Assembly (NCBI GenBank): GCA_010093705.1 | Contig: MU006096.1 | Coordinates: 173,558-237,557, forward strand | Reading direction: 5' to 3' | DNA: 64,000 nucleotides | Source: Patellaria atrata CBS 101060 | Taxonomy: Eukaryota | In this document: positions 28,074-40,978 of the stretch, in pieces | Position numbering within the stretch: the first letter of the stretch is position 1 | How the letters are laid out: the number at the start of each line of letters is the position of its first letter | Notes under the pieces: generated by a model | Told to the model about the DNA's origin: nothing | Seen by the model: only the letters and a program-made list of their open reading frames with translations | The model's database searches: none | Translations under genes and position numbers: made by a program

Positions 28074-30960
28074 ATGGAAATCTTCACAGAGAGCCCGCAG
28101 CGTAGTAGTGGAGCAACAACACCCCTCGTGCATCAGGAATATTCAGATAACGAATCGGCGAATTCATTAGGGCCATCAAAAGCACTAGACTCCGATGGAG
28201 AACTTACGGCGCAAACCTCGCATGCGGAGGGGGTCATCGACGAATACCTCCGCGATGAAGCCGTATCCACTCCAGAACCACAAGACATTCTTTCGAAACC
28301 GTTGAAAGGGAAGGGAAAGGAAGAAACTCCTGTTACGATCAAGAAGGGGCCGCTCACCCTTCTGGAACTTCCTGTGGACATCCTGAGAGAGATCATCACA
28401 CACGTACGATCACGTTCAATGGTACCCCAAATGCTCCACGCCACTGACATGTTTACTCTAGTTGACACATACAAACGATTTGACCGCACTAGCGTTAACT
28501 CATTCGGCTTTTCATCAGCTCACCTTACCCTTCATCTATACTCGTTTCGACATCGTCTGGCCTGATGAGAAAACCCAGGAAATATACCCCAAGGTCGGTG
28601 TAGATGCATTAACATATGGTCTAGCTACGCTAGTTATGGCGGAGGAGATATTCGGCGAAGCACCCTGGCAGCGATCATTGAAGAGTTCACAGAGAAGCCA
28701 ATATCCAACCATCACAAATGTGCGGCGTCGAAGGGGGAACCACTATGCCCAATTTACGAAGAAATTCTCCCTTGGAAACGGACCGCCCGACTGGGTTGCA
28801 GAGTATGCAATCACGAAAGAGTGCGGGAAAATGCTCGGTACACTGGTGGCTCTGGCCGTCGCTCGTATGCGTAATCTAGAGACCTTTGTTTGGGACATGC
28901 CAACAGGAGTTCTACGTGATGTGTGGCTAGCATTGTCATCTCTAGCCGATCGGGAAGATGGACATGATTGTAAACTCGAAAAAGTATGGATACGGTGGCA
29001 TGACAATAGAGCAATGGATCCTACGGTTGACGCGCCCCCTCCTCCGTTGCCGATGGGAGGAATCACGGTGCAGCAAAGCGGAACAAATGCGATGCACATT
29101 TCCGTTTCTGCACCAACGAACCACACGGTCCCGGCTACCAGAGCGATTGACCGCATCGAACATCCCTCATTCTCACTTCTCCCCCCCTTGAAGAGCTTGA
29201 GCGTGCTCGATATCGACGAACTTCCTTACTTAGACGAGATTAGCGTTTTAATCGGGCGTTCACAAAAGAGTTTGAAAGAGCTAAGGGTTGGCATTGCTCG
29301 CCACGCACAGTCAAGAGATTGGGTAACAGCTTGGGAAGGAGATGGAGTGCAACAAGTTGACTATAGCACCGAATGGACGGCTACGAGCTCTATAGGTGAT
29401 AAGAGACTCGGGGGAGTCCTTGGCATAATTGTTGGCAGAGTCTATAATATTCGTCAGAATTCCGGAACAGCATCCAACGTGGCACCAGCCAGCGATACTG
29501 CAGCAAGACAAGCTTCGGAAAAGCTTCCGGCCTCCCAACCCAATTCACACCCAAGTATCCAGACCGCATCCGGTGAAGGCGCAGGCCCAAGTAATATTCC
29601 CAGTGCGTCCGGTGGTGTTTTGTTAGAGCTTCCATCAGATTCGGTGACGCAAGCCTCCATTTCTGGAGATAGCGTTCATGAAATAGAGCACGGTGTCTCC
29701 TCCCTAAAGGTGCAGGATGGTCCTTTAGGTCCGGAACGTACATCACTGCGCTCAACATCGCCGCGCCGCTCTCGAGCGCCAGTAAAGAAGACAGAAACGA
29801 TATTAAACGGCAAACTACACTTGGAGTCACTCGAGCTGGAACGTATCATTCTCTCTGTCTCGGTCCTTGAAAGAGCTTTTGATTGGTCAACGCTCGCAAA
29901 CCTTACAATCCTGCATTGCCAAAACCACGAACAACTGTGGAAGTCTCTGAGGCGGACTTTCTCCCCAACCCCGTCACAAACTCGCAGTACAGCGTACAAA
30001 CTCGCTCGTCCTGAATATCGTCTCAGGCTTAAAAAGATCCATACAAATCAAGTCTCCCCTTCACTCATCTCCTTCCTAAAGGAAACATTAGCGCCCAACA
30101 GTCTAGAAATTCTCTTCCTGCAGGAAGGTCGGTCATACTCGTCCAATGTGACGATTGATGCTATCTTCAGAGGGCCAATCCGCAGACATCACGCTAGCAT
30201 CAAAAAGCTTATGATCGATTCTAGCGAATTCGACAATGATGGCAACCCTACAAGTAGTTCAAGATGGCGTAGGTGGATGCTCAACCGTGAGATTCTAAGT
30301 TATATGACTAGTGGTCGTATGAGTGGATTGAGAGAGTTGGCTGTTTGCCTCAATTACAAGGATTGGGTAAGTCTAAATTGCAAAACAAAACTAAGATGTT
30401 CTAACGATCTAATCTAGCATTATTTCTTACAAACGCTACCGATGATTCCTCATATTCGATCCCTTTATATCCCGCATGTAGCTGATCACGCTTACGGAAA
30501 TAATATCAACAACGACCCCACCGAGCTCGCCATGCAGGTTGTAGATATTGTGACCCTTCGCCGGGATATCGAAATCTGCTACATGGGCATAGGCGAGAAA
30601 TGCTATGAGATCCTTGAAAATAAAATTCCCACCACAGGGCGACACGATGGTAGCTTCAGCTCAGTTGACGGACCTCCTAATACCGTTCAAAATACATACC
30701 CCATGCACCATGCGATCGTTGAAGATGATGAGACGGAAGACGAGGACGATGAAGATGAAGATGACGATCATGGCGATGGGATCGAGGATAGCGAAGGTGC
30801 AAACGATAGCGAGTCAGAGGAGGAAGAACAGGAAAGTGACGATGATAGCTTTTATACCCAGGAGGAAGAACGAAGAGGACCCCCGAGGCTGAGACTCAGG
30901 GAAATACTGTTCTATGACGATAAGGTGGCAATTTTCAAGGCGAGGCATGGGAGGCTTTAG
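28074..30960 (+). CDS. F-box domain protein (3 exons) with acidic C-terminal tract
   Basis: LTLLELPVDILREIITH spliced to LTHTNDLTALAL forms an F-box motif; LRR-like segments (LKSLSVL, LESLEL, LRELAV); D/E-rich tail. Confidence 0.8.
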
Positions 30961-31325
30961 CGATCTCTCTTATTAGATTTGGGGTTTCGTTCCGGGCGCC
31001 TGAGTGGTTGGTACAGGAGCTTTTTCGGCGAGGCATTTCCGCATGGGATAGGCGTTTTGTACACATTGAACTATTGATTAGTTGATTTGCATGTCTTTGA
31101 TCGGCAAGGAACTTCCTGATATAAGGAAATAGAATATCAGTGTTCCCCTCGTCATCCAAATTATTCTTTTGCTTGGAGGTAATTTTGAGAATAACCGTAC
31201 GTACCCAGTCGTGCAAGTCCGTTCCGCTGGGACGGACTGCACGTGATGACGCGTTTACATGCAAATATCGAACCGCGAGACCCTCTAGAAATATCCCCCT
31301 TCAACAACTGAAATGCGCACACAGA

Positions 31326-34061
31326 ATGGCCACAGCAATCCCACCACAAACATCTAACCGTACTCTCCTGTTCTCCTCCATCTTCCCGTCCTCCTCTGTC
31401 TCACATACAACCCCTACCCCTATTGCTACACCAATCCTCGGTTCCACCGCTCCGGGCCAGTCCTTCGGTGGTTTTGGCCCTCAAGCTACCTTCTCACAAG
31501 ACGCTGACCAATCACAAGATATTGCGCGAGACATCATCAGAAGAGAAAAGGCTTGGAGTATCGCGACTAGATTTTTGAGCAGTGCTGTACAGTATGCGGG
31601 ACAAAGTCAGAGTGGGGCTACCCGGAGAGGAAGAGAAGTGGATGTCGCGTTGAGATTGCTGCTTGCGGGGGCAAGGGAAGGAACGGAACAACTGGAGCTG
31701 GTGGAGTGGTATAGCCATGAAGTGAGAGAGCATTATTTGAAGGGAGTGCGGGAGGGAGTGAGGGAATTGTGGAGGTCGGTATGTGAGAGTCATGCGGTCA
31801 TTAATAAATAAAAGAATGGTGTTGCTGATTAGTGTTTAGGAGATTTTGATCCAAGATGCTGGAAATACACTGGCAGAGACGATCTCAAGGCTTCATGCTA
31901 TACAAGCTGCCTACTTGCAGCCACTGGTTGAGCATATCATACCGATAATACGTGAGGGAGAACCGAGGCAGAGTACTGAGACGGCAGAGGATGCTCCAAC
32001 ACCTTCAAAGCTGACTGCTAAAAAATTCACAAGAGATTTGCATGCGCTTTTCGTGCACTCTATTCCGCAACAGCGGTATTCGAAGACATTGGCGTTTCTG
32101 CTCTACGATGCGGGATGCAGGCTCTTCCGCCTCCACTCTGAGAAAACTGCAGATGCAAAAGAAGCAACTGAAGAGATGCAATCGATACGCAAACAAGTGC
32201 CCGCGCTATTGCGAGGTCTGCAAGAGGTAGGCTTGGGAGATGATCGGGCCCAGCGGGCTTTTGCTCACGCCATGGATAAGCTTATGGATGAGTTTATCAT
32301 CAGCCATTATATGAAAGTTGACTGGTACGGAAAGTCTTCCGTTACGAGACGGTTGAGACAGTGGGTCAAGGAAGGCTTCGCTCCATTTGTCAAGGAGGTC
32401 ATGCAGGCTCTTGGGGCTTCTGATGAACCTGTAACTGCAGGTGAAGTTCAGCAATGGCAAGACATGGCTATTGGAAGGTTAGGTCGAGCTAGAGTGGACA
32501 ACCTATTTGACTACATTGTAGCTTGGGATAATAGTCTTGGGGCCGTTTTAGACCTAAAGGTAGATATTATGCTCCCTTATCTGTGATGGTTACTGAGATG
32601 ATCTGACAGGAATATATTGCGTCACCAATAGCACGTACACAACTTACCAGCACATTTTCAAACCAGATATCACGTCGGCTATTACACGCAGGCGCAACCA
32701 CAACCCACATCATAGACATCTATATCTTCGTTATCCGCGCCTTCACCGAGCTCGACCCCAAATGTGTGCTCCTAGACCGGGTAGCCCGACCCATCCGACG
32801 CTATCTGAAAGATAGAGAAGACACCCCACGGGTCATCATCTCTAGCTTACTTACTGATACTCCTGAAGACGCGACGGAACCTCCAAAACCTGACCATCAC
32901 AGAACTGAGATCTCCCTGGAAGTCGCCAAAGAGATTATGGACGCCCCCTCTAACATCAATGCAGACCACGACTTTGACTGGGGTAACATGAACTGGACAC
33001 CTGACCCCATCGATGCGGGTCCGGAGTATAAAGCTGGCCGGTCTGATGATGTGCTCTCGTACCTACTTAGTCTATACGACAGAGATGACTTTATCGCCGA
33101 ACTCAAGACTATCTTGGGCGAACACCTGCTGCGGAATGATACGGGTATCTTCGACCGCGAAATAATCCTCCTCGAACTCTTTAAGAAACGCCTCGGTGAT
33201 GATAAACTCCAGGCCTGCGAAGTTATGCTCCGCGATGTCGAGGACTCGCGCCGCATCGATGCTTCTATCCGAGCAGGTCGCGGCGCAGTTGTCGCGGAGG
33301 GCGCGGCTATCGAGGCGGTTGCTGAAGATAAGAGAGCGCCAGGCCTACACGCGCAGATCCTGAGCAGCTTTTTCTGGCCACCTTTGAGGGAAGAGACATT
33401 CTGCATCCCTCCGGAAATAAAAGAGCAGCAAGAGAAATACGAACGCGGATTCGAAGCCATCAAGGGGATGCGCAAACTCCACTGGCTCCATGCGCTCGGC
33501 AGGGTGAAGGTGGAATTGGCGTTCGAGGACAGGAAAGCGGACTGCGATGTCGCGACGTGGCAGGCGGCTGTCATCTACGCGTTTCAAGACGAGAAAGGGG
33601 ATGCGGAGGGGGTATTGCAGGTCCAACGAACCGTGCAACAGCTCGTCGAGCAGCTGGAAATGGACGAAGCGCTCGTGCGCCAAGCGCTCGCGTTCTGGGT
33701 CGCGAAATATGTGCTCCGCGAAACGTCCCCTGGCTCCGACACTTTCTCAGTACTTGAGCGTCTCCCGACTACTACCCAGGGCCAGGACCTTACACCTACC
33801 GTTGAAGATACGCCGACGGTCTCGGCGGTTAAGACTCAAGAGGATCTACTGATGGAGAATATGGGCATCTATCGCCAGTTCGTCATGGGCATGCTCACGA
33901 ACGGAGGAAATATGGATGCGAGGAGGGTGCACATGATGCTCAAGATGACTGTGCCGGGGGGTTTCCCGTTCGCGGTCGAGGACGTGGCTATGCTTTTGAG
34001 GATGCTGGAAAGTGAGGGGGCAGTGGTGAGGTTGGGGGAGGTTTGGGGTATGAAGAGGTAG
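31326..34061 (+). CDS. APC2: Anaphase-promoting complex subunit 2 (cullin-like), 3 exons
   Basis: LFDYIVAWDNSLGAVLDLK, RRLLHAGATT, RPIRRYLKDREDT, WTPDPIDAGP, CEVMLRD, ILSSFFWP, RKLHWL and a C-terminal winged-helix segment (GMLTNGG). Confidence 0.93.
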
Positions 34062-34737
34062 CACGGCGATTCGATATTGATACCCTGTACGAAATATTGC
34101 ATGTAAGATTTTGTATCTGTACCCGTGATATAAATCACCGTTTTTGAGCCAGCGCCTCTCGAATGCCATACTCGCACTGCACAGATGCCGCTGTTTTTCA
34201 CATTGACCATCCCGCAAATTGAGGCCCATAGTTGTAAGATAAAGTCTCTTTCTACCAAGTTATATCTCCAATAAACTCGTGTATTCGAATACAAGTAGTC
34301 CCGTACGCAGATCAACCGCGACGAACTGTACGTGATATGCTGTTTGACAGTCCTAAAACACTTCCTGATTGGGACGTGCTGCCAATGTTTAACCTGGGGG
34401 GTTTTGAAGTTTATGTGGACTATATCCTTTCTCAGAAGGAAACTTTACTCTTGTAAATATCTAGGGCGATGATCACATCAGTAGTTTGAGATCAGGGGCA
34501 AGACATCATTTTGTACAGTAGCCCAGGGGTCAAGCTGCAGGTTGTTGACGACACCTCTATGTAAGACCGGTCGACGTACAGGCAAGATTGGAGATAATAG
34601 GGGACATGGAGAAGCATACTGAACCCAGTGGGGAAATATTACATCTTGAATAATCACACAAGCCTTCTTCAGGTTTTTCAAACAAACTCTTGATCAATTT
34701 CTCAGACCACTCACACTACTCTCAACAATTTCCTAGT

Positions 34738-35915
34738 CTAGGTACTCACACCACCCTCAACCGGACTCTCGGGTTGCTTCTGGCCTGATTCGTGACCTAA
34801 GGAGGCAAAGACCCCAGATGGCCACATCCGAGACGGCCAAACCAGAATGTACGATGGGTATACTAAACAAGCAAGATGCTCATCATTCTCCAAGTCTAGC
34901 TCATCCACCATCTCCTCAGTGAAGTACCAGCTAAGGACCCCAACGGCGAAAGAAACTTTCACAGCATTCTCCGCTTTCTCACTCTCCAGACCTGAAGGAG
35001 TATTCGCCCACGAGGAATCCCAGAAGGTCTGCTCAAGTATATCCCTGTGACTTAGTTCAGAACCCCTAGGCGCAAAAGTATAGAATGGCATATACCACTC
35101 ATATAAGTTCCCGAAGTAGGACTCGTATATGCTCCATATACCCATGCCAAACACCTCAATGTTCGCTTATTAGAAGCTAAGGATTCCTATCACACTTCCA
35201 TGGTCGCTAACGAATACATTGCATTCCCCAAGGCCGTGATGCGTAAGGACTGCCGGCAAGCTTTCCAAGAGATAAAGCTGGGTTGTGAATGTACTAACGA
35301 GGTCTACCAGCTCCGGAGCTCCAGTTCTCAGGGTATGATTCTTCATCAATCGACATAGCATCTTCTTAGTCCAGCTGGAATCTGGAATGGCTTTGGTTGC
35401 TCGAAGAATGCTGTGTTCGTAATGAATCGTCCAAGGTTCGCGACGGTAGTCTTCTCCTCGTTTAATGGGATCCATTTCCAAGAAAATGGCTGAAGGTTAT
35501 CGTGTACTATTCCAGGTATCGCATTGCGACTTAAAGACTGGCAAGGGAAAGTTTTGGTAAAAAGTGATATTCGGCACAGACTCACTATATATTCTATGAG
35601 CTAAACAAGTAGTGATAGTATCCGTATCAATTGGTTCGAGGCGCAATTGGATAATAGTCCCGAGACTCAAGTTCTGGAGAGTGAAGCTCCTCCACCCTTG
35701 ATGGTTAACGGCAGAGATGTCATCCGTATGGAGCGGAGCTTTTGCAGATTGGATGCAAGATTCTTCGATACAGAGAGACGCAGATTGATTCTCAGAACCA
35801 AAGCTTGCGGAACCTCCGCCTGGAAAAACTGGTCAATAATCTTTCGTTGAAAGAATTTATCGAACTGCTCCCGATATCTCCGTCGGTTTACGCTTTGTTT
35901 ACTTTCGTTGTCCAT
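34738..35915 (-). pseudogene. Disabled aminoglycoside phosphotransferase/choline kinase-like (APH-like) gene
   Basis: Pieces in several frames: QGWRSFTL...IIQLRLEPID...LAHRI / YSESVP / IPGIVH...TVANLGRFI / LPAVLTHHGLGECNVFV...IGILSF-TAA-TAA-ANIEVFGMGIW. Several frameshifts and two in-frame stops. Confidence 0.72.
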
Positions 35916-36900
35916 GACTGCATGTTGCTAGGTATGCGGCAGAGGAATCAGACTCGTAAGTCGATATTTATTATAGTTCACTTCTCTTACCGGATTAGTG
36001 GGACAATCACATGATGAGGCGATGGATGTGGTCTCGGCGATGAGAGGTTTTATGGAAAGCTTTCGATCTGGTCTCGTCATATCGAAATATGCGTGTCTAA
36101 GCTAGTTGACTGCTTCCGCTCTCGTCTATCTTAGGTTACTCTTAACTGTTGAAAAGAGGGCAGCTCTTTCCCCTTTGTTGTATCTGGAAAGTATTATCAA
36201 CTACCTTACTACTTCCATTTCTAGAAAGGGTAAACCAACCCATTCCGTAAAGATTCTAGCTCCAGGTCCGGATCGTCGAAATTCGCCAAGGGCCGCTTCG
36301 GCGAAGGCGTTAAGGAGTTAAGGTAAGGTACCTTACGGAAAGGTGTGTACGGGAGGTCTGATATATTGTGTACCTTACCGTACTGTGGACTGTACTGTGG
36401 TAGTATTGGGTCATACGGCTTGAGCCTGCTCTAATTGATAATTCTACAATATATATCTTAGTCTCTAGTACTCAGCTGCTCAGCTAACTGGTACGGTACG
36501 ACAGCAGAAGACTATGCACCGTCCGATGACGGTTCGCAGTCTTTTATATCATAAGGTACTGGTGGTAAGTTAAGATGCTATTCGAATAAGCTTTGCACGT
36601 GACGATACTTGTAGTAGCGACGCGCGGCCTCTGGCAAGTACAGTCCAAAAGTATAGGTTGAGGAATTTAGCTTGCTATTATCACACAAGTTAACAGACGA
36701 TTCCTTTTGCTCCTTTTTAAAAGTCGTGCACGCTTCAGCATGGCGAACGACTGCCCGAAGGTCCTGAATAATGGGAGCCAAGTGAGAGACACAGCCGCGG
36801 GGGTTTGACGTCTGAAACTTACCTTTTAAGGTTGGTCAATGGTCACAGCCCCCGCCCCCAGAGTCCAGTCATGTTGATACTTCTTATTAGTTTCTGGATC

Positions 36901-37197
36901 TATTATTTGAGTATTATTTGAGTATTATTTGAGTATTATTTGAGTATTATTTGAGTATTATTTGAGTATTATTTGAGTATTATTTGAGTATTATTNNNNN
37001 NNNNNNNNNNNNNNNNNNNNNNNNNNNNNNNNNNNNNNNNNNNNNNNNNNNNNNNNNNNNNNNNNNNNNNNNNNNNNNNNNNNNNNNNNNNNNNNTATTA
37101 TTTGAGTATTATTTGAGTATTATTTGAGTATTATTTGAGTATTATTTGAGTATTATTTGAGTATTATTTGAGTATTATTTGAGTATTATTTGAGTAT
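36901..37197. repeat. 11-bp tandem repeat (TATTATTTGAG)n interrupted by an assembly gap
   Basis: About 8.5 copies before and about 9 after the N run; one TATTATTTTGAG variant. Confidence 0.97.
36996..37095. other. Assembly gap (100 N)
   Basis: Run of 100 n. Confidence 0.99.
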
Positions 37198-37772
37198 TTT
37201 TTGTCAATCAATTCTTAATTCATCATCAGAAACTTGGAAAGAAATCCTCTGTACCTATCCATGCATTATGAGTCGCAACACAAGAGCACCGCTTCAAGCA
37301 TTAACATTGCCCCCTACCATCGACTCGAGCATCCCAGTACGTGTTTCGCCATTCGCGTGCAAGAAGCGCGTGTGATTAGATTACGACATTTAGGTCGGCC
37401 CCTACTTGGCTAAGTTGTTTTGGCTGAAGCAACATCCTAAAGAGCTTTTTATCCAATCAGACCACTGTCAGCGTAGCTTTAACAGAGTGCTGAAAACTGT
37501 ACAGTAAGAAGGTAACAGCATACCGAAATCCTTCGAGCATTGTTATTCACCATCTCTTAGGCCTCCCGCTTGGATTGTAGCAACCGTAAAGGGACCTCTC
37601 TCAACCTAAGTCTCCTCTCTCTCACTCTGCTTGAACCTTGTGTCAAGCCCACCACGCAATTTTTCTTCATCTAGTCTTTCTCTCTTTCCTCGTACTTGCT
37701 CTCAAAGCGTCATTCCTAGTATAACTGCCGTTCTGGCATTTCTTTTTCCTTACAACGCATCAATTTCTTAGC

Positions 37773-39736
37773 ATGCGCCTGTTATCGTCAAAGTATGCTG
37801 TGGGAAACCTGAGCTTGTTTCTATCCTTGGAGTTGCTCCGGAGAGGCAGTCATGCCCAGATAGACACTCCCGTCAACACTGACGACCTTGATCCAATGAA
37901 AACATGTCGACGCTGGGACAGTCAAAGTACCCTTTCCCACGAAGCTTTTCGGACCTAACTTGATCTAATCTCTCCCAGTAACTGTGGTTGGAAAGACCGC
38001 TTTCATCTATGGCGGAACTAGTATTGTCAGGAACGGGACGGAGCCCACCTATCCGATCATGAGTATATCTCTCTTTAAGTTCGTTATCAATCAAATCTAA
38101 CTTACGCTAGACTCTTACCTCCGCAAACTCGATCTCTCCTCAAGCTTCGATTTGTCGTCGTCTAATATACCACTAGTCGCCGAGCGTATACCTCCCGAAA
38201 TTCCTATTCTCCAGGGCAATGCGTTTTGGGGTGCTGATGGCTCCTTATTCGTTCTTGGTGGCCAAGGTGTTCCGCGTTGGTATATCAATGAGTCCTTTGG
38301 ATTCGATGGGACTCATTGGGAGAACCACTATATGCAAGTCTATAGGTATCGCATCTCATCCGGCGTATGGTCAACACTTGATCCAGTGCCACCACAAGAT
38401 GGAAGTGTTGTGAATGCCCCTGTGAACTGGGCTTTGTGGGGTTGGGACAATTTCCGGAACGTAGGGTATGCCTACGGAGGTGATAACGATATGGGCACGC
38501 GAACAGATTTCCCAGGAGACTCAAATTGGAATTTGGACATCTCGCAGCCTGTGAACTATGAATGGAGGAGTATGATCACTCTGGATACGGATTCAGCGCA
38601 ATGGAGCAATGATACATTTCCGACTATGCCTGATCTTGGAGGCGGCCAGCTTTTATCGTTTGCCAACTTAGGTACGCGCAATGAGGGAATCTTGGTGGCA
38701 ATCGGAGGTAGATGGATCAAGTCGGGTACTGTAAGTTTATCCCTCCATTTCAAACAAACGTTATTCTAACTCTATACTTCCACGTAAGATGCAATCCCTC
38801 CGCCAAGTCTCCGTCTATGATGTAGGCTCAAAAACGTGGTTTAATCAAACGACAACCATGCCAAGGGATCGAGATGCCAGTGGAAGATGGTCCTTCTGTG
38901 CCGTAACCGGAACTGCGCCAGACAACTCCAGCCACAATATCTATATCTATGGAGGAGCTAAGGATACCGATGGCTACCTGGCTGATGTGTGGATCCTTAG
39001 CTTACCATCCTTCCGCTGGATCTACGGTGGCACTTCAGATAGATCGCGTGCCGTATTTGGATGCGCCAAAGTAGCTAAACGCTATCTGCTGGTCTATGGC
39101 GATATGACGGAAAATGTGCAAGGTAATGAGTGCGATAACGACCAGAATGGGTTTGCCATGCTCGACTTGCAATCCTTGGAATGGACGAGTAGTTATGAAG
39201 CCCCGGAAGGAACTCCTACCTACTTAGTCCCTGAGAGAATCTATTCTGTCATTGGTGGAGAGTAAGTTAAATTGATACTATAAGTTCTTTCGCAGCTCAT
39301 ATGTTATAGTGCTAACGGTGGTGCTACCTTGACCGCTGAATCTTACAATACCCCTTCCATCACAGCTCTCTTCAATTCAGATCCCACGTCAACTTCGAGC
39401 CCGAGTGACTCGGGCGACGAGTCGAATGACCGCCCGACCGACGACCCAAACAGTGATTCCGGAAGTGGAAGTAGTGCTGGCGCAATTGCTGGTGGTGTGG
39501 TCGGTGGAGTCGCATTTGTCGGTATTATTCTCGGAGTGCTCTTTTTCTGGCGGCGAAGAAAAGCAAAGATACAAGCGAAAGCGGCGGTGTCTCCGGTAAT
39601 GGAGCATAAACCCCCCCCCTATTATCAAATGACGGCCGAATTGGATACAGGTAGACCACCAGTGGAGCTGATGGGAGATCACCAATATGTGTATTCGGCA
39701 CCTGTAAACAATCAATCGGTGGCGAGGTATATGTAA
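37773..39736 (+). CDS. Kelch/beta-propeller type I membrane protein (about 5 exons)
   Basis: Weak N-terminal leader; Kelch-like motifs FIYGG, LFVLGG, YAYGG, ILVAIGG, VYDVGSKTWFNQ, IYIYGG and DVWILSLPSFRW; Ser/Thr/Asp stalk; TM AGAIAGGVVGGVAFVGIILGVLFFW followed by RRRK. Confidence 0.85.
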
Positions 39737-39931
39737 CGATTTTGCAGGGGGTTCTGGATGATATAATACCCAAGATAGTGAGTTATTTGTAACTATATGT
39801 TGATAAGTGGAAGTTAGGTCAACTACCGCTGCCGGATATATCTTTAGAGTTCACATGCGCAGAATATGGATGTTTATAATATTTACATTTCGTTTCGAGT
39901 CGTAAGCCATTATGGATGGACGATGCCATTA

Positions 39932-40978
39932 TCAGCCTGCTTCACCAAAATTCATATGGCCTGTTTCCATTGCATGCTCAGTTGCACCCCTCTCACCCTT
40001 GCCATTCCAGCCACAAACATTACATTTGATATCGAAACCAGCCGTATCTGTAAAGTAGTGTTTGGATTGTAGGACTTTGCAGAGCTCCTTTGCTTTCTCT
40101 AAGAGCTCATCATCCCAATTGTCGAAGACTTTGATGTCAAACTCGGCTGGCGAGTCCGCTTTGGTATGCGGCGGGTCTGATGGAGATAGCGCGATGGTAT
40201 CATAGTGAATACCGGAATAGACAAGTATACACCGCTTCGGCCGTCCTTCGTTAAATCTATCAATCCGCAGATCCTGCACATTGATACTGCAGACCTCTAT
40301 ATCGAAATTCTGAGATAATATCGCGAGTTCGATGCCACCGCCCCAGCTATCTGGATTCTGGATCCATCGACAGTAATCGTCAGGTTTTTTCTGCAATACC
40401 GCTTCGTTGTATAGATCTGGCTGCTCCTGAATACCTGATGCGACAACCGAACGTAGCTCCGTCATAATATCGAACCCATCCCCGAGAACAGCACTGCCGA
40501 GCGCACGGAACATGCAACTGTTGTCGTCTGGCATTACTCTTAATACCATGGTAGCGCCATGGGATGGTAAGGGGATTTCGGGAGGATCTAACTCTCCCGT
40601 ATTTTGCTTTCGCGTGAGAGATAACGGTGCTGCTGGTGCTCCCCTGGAGCGGGTATTATGCGTGTGCTGTGAACCTGGTAGGTCTTTTACGGCGGAAGAG
40701 GACGGTGTAGTCCCTTCTAGGGGGTGCTTGAGGCTACCTTCGACATCGCGTGCTACAACTATCAGCTGTTCGCCGCCCAGCTTCAAGCCGCTTTCACGGA
40801 TGGATATTGAGGAGTCGTATTGTGAGAGGTCGAGGGGCTTCGGGGGATATCCGATCTTTATGTCGAAGTCGGTGAGCAATGTATTCTCTGAGATTTGGGA
40901 TTTGAGGTCGGATATGGAGGCTGACTCTTCGATGTTTACAGTGGATACACCAGAGGGTCCTCTGATCCTAATGCGCAT
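39932..40978 (-). CDS. OTU1: Ubiquitin thioesterase OTU1 (Ubl + OTU + C2H2 finger), intronless
   Basis: MRIRIRGP/GYPPK Ubl domain, MPDDNSCMFRA, SWGGGIEL, YSGIHYD, CNVC...HAMETGH. Confidence 0.95.
   Translation of the reverse strand: MRIRIRGPSGVSTVNIEESASISDLKSQISENTLLTDFDIKIGYPPKPLDLSQYDSSISIRESGLKLGGEQLIVVARDVEGSLKHPLEGTTPSSSAVKDLPGSQHTHNTRSRGAPAAPLSLTRKQNTGELDPPEIPLPSHGATMVLRVMPDDNSCMFRALGSAVLGDGFDIMTELRSVVASGIQEQPDLYNEAVLQKKPDDYCRWIQNPDSWGGGIELAILSQNFDIEVCSINVQDLRIDRFNEGRPKRCILVYSGIHYDTIALSPSDPPHTKADSPAEFDIKVFDNWDDELLEKAKELCKVLQSKHYFTDTAGFDIKCNVCGWNGKGERGATEHAMETGHMNFGEAG

Noticed and set aside
32897..33683. Long antisense ORFs inside APC2 (similar ones inside CMR1, OTU1 and TAF5)
   Set aside because: Shadow frames of GC-rich coding sequence
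36901..37197. CRISPR or telomere interpretation of the repeat
   Set aside because: No spacers, eukaryotic context, internal position, and the unit is not telomeric
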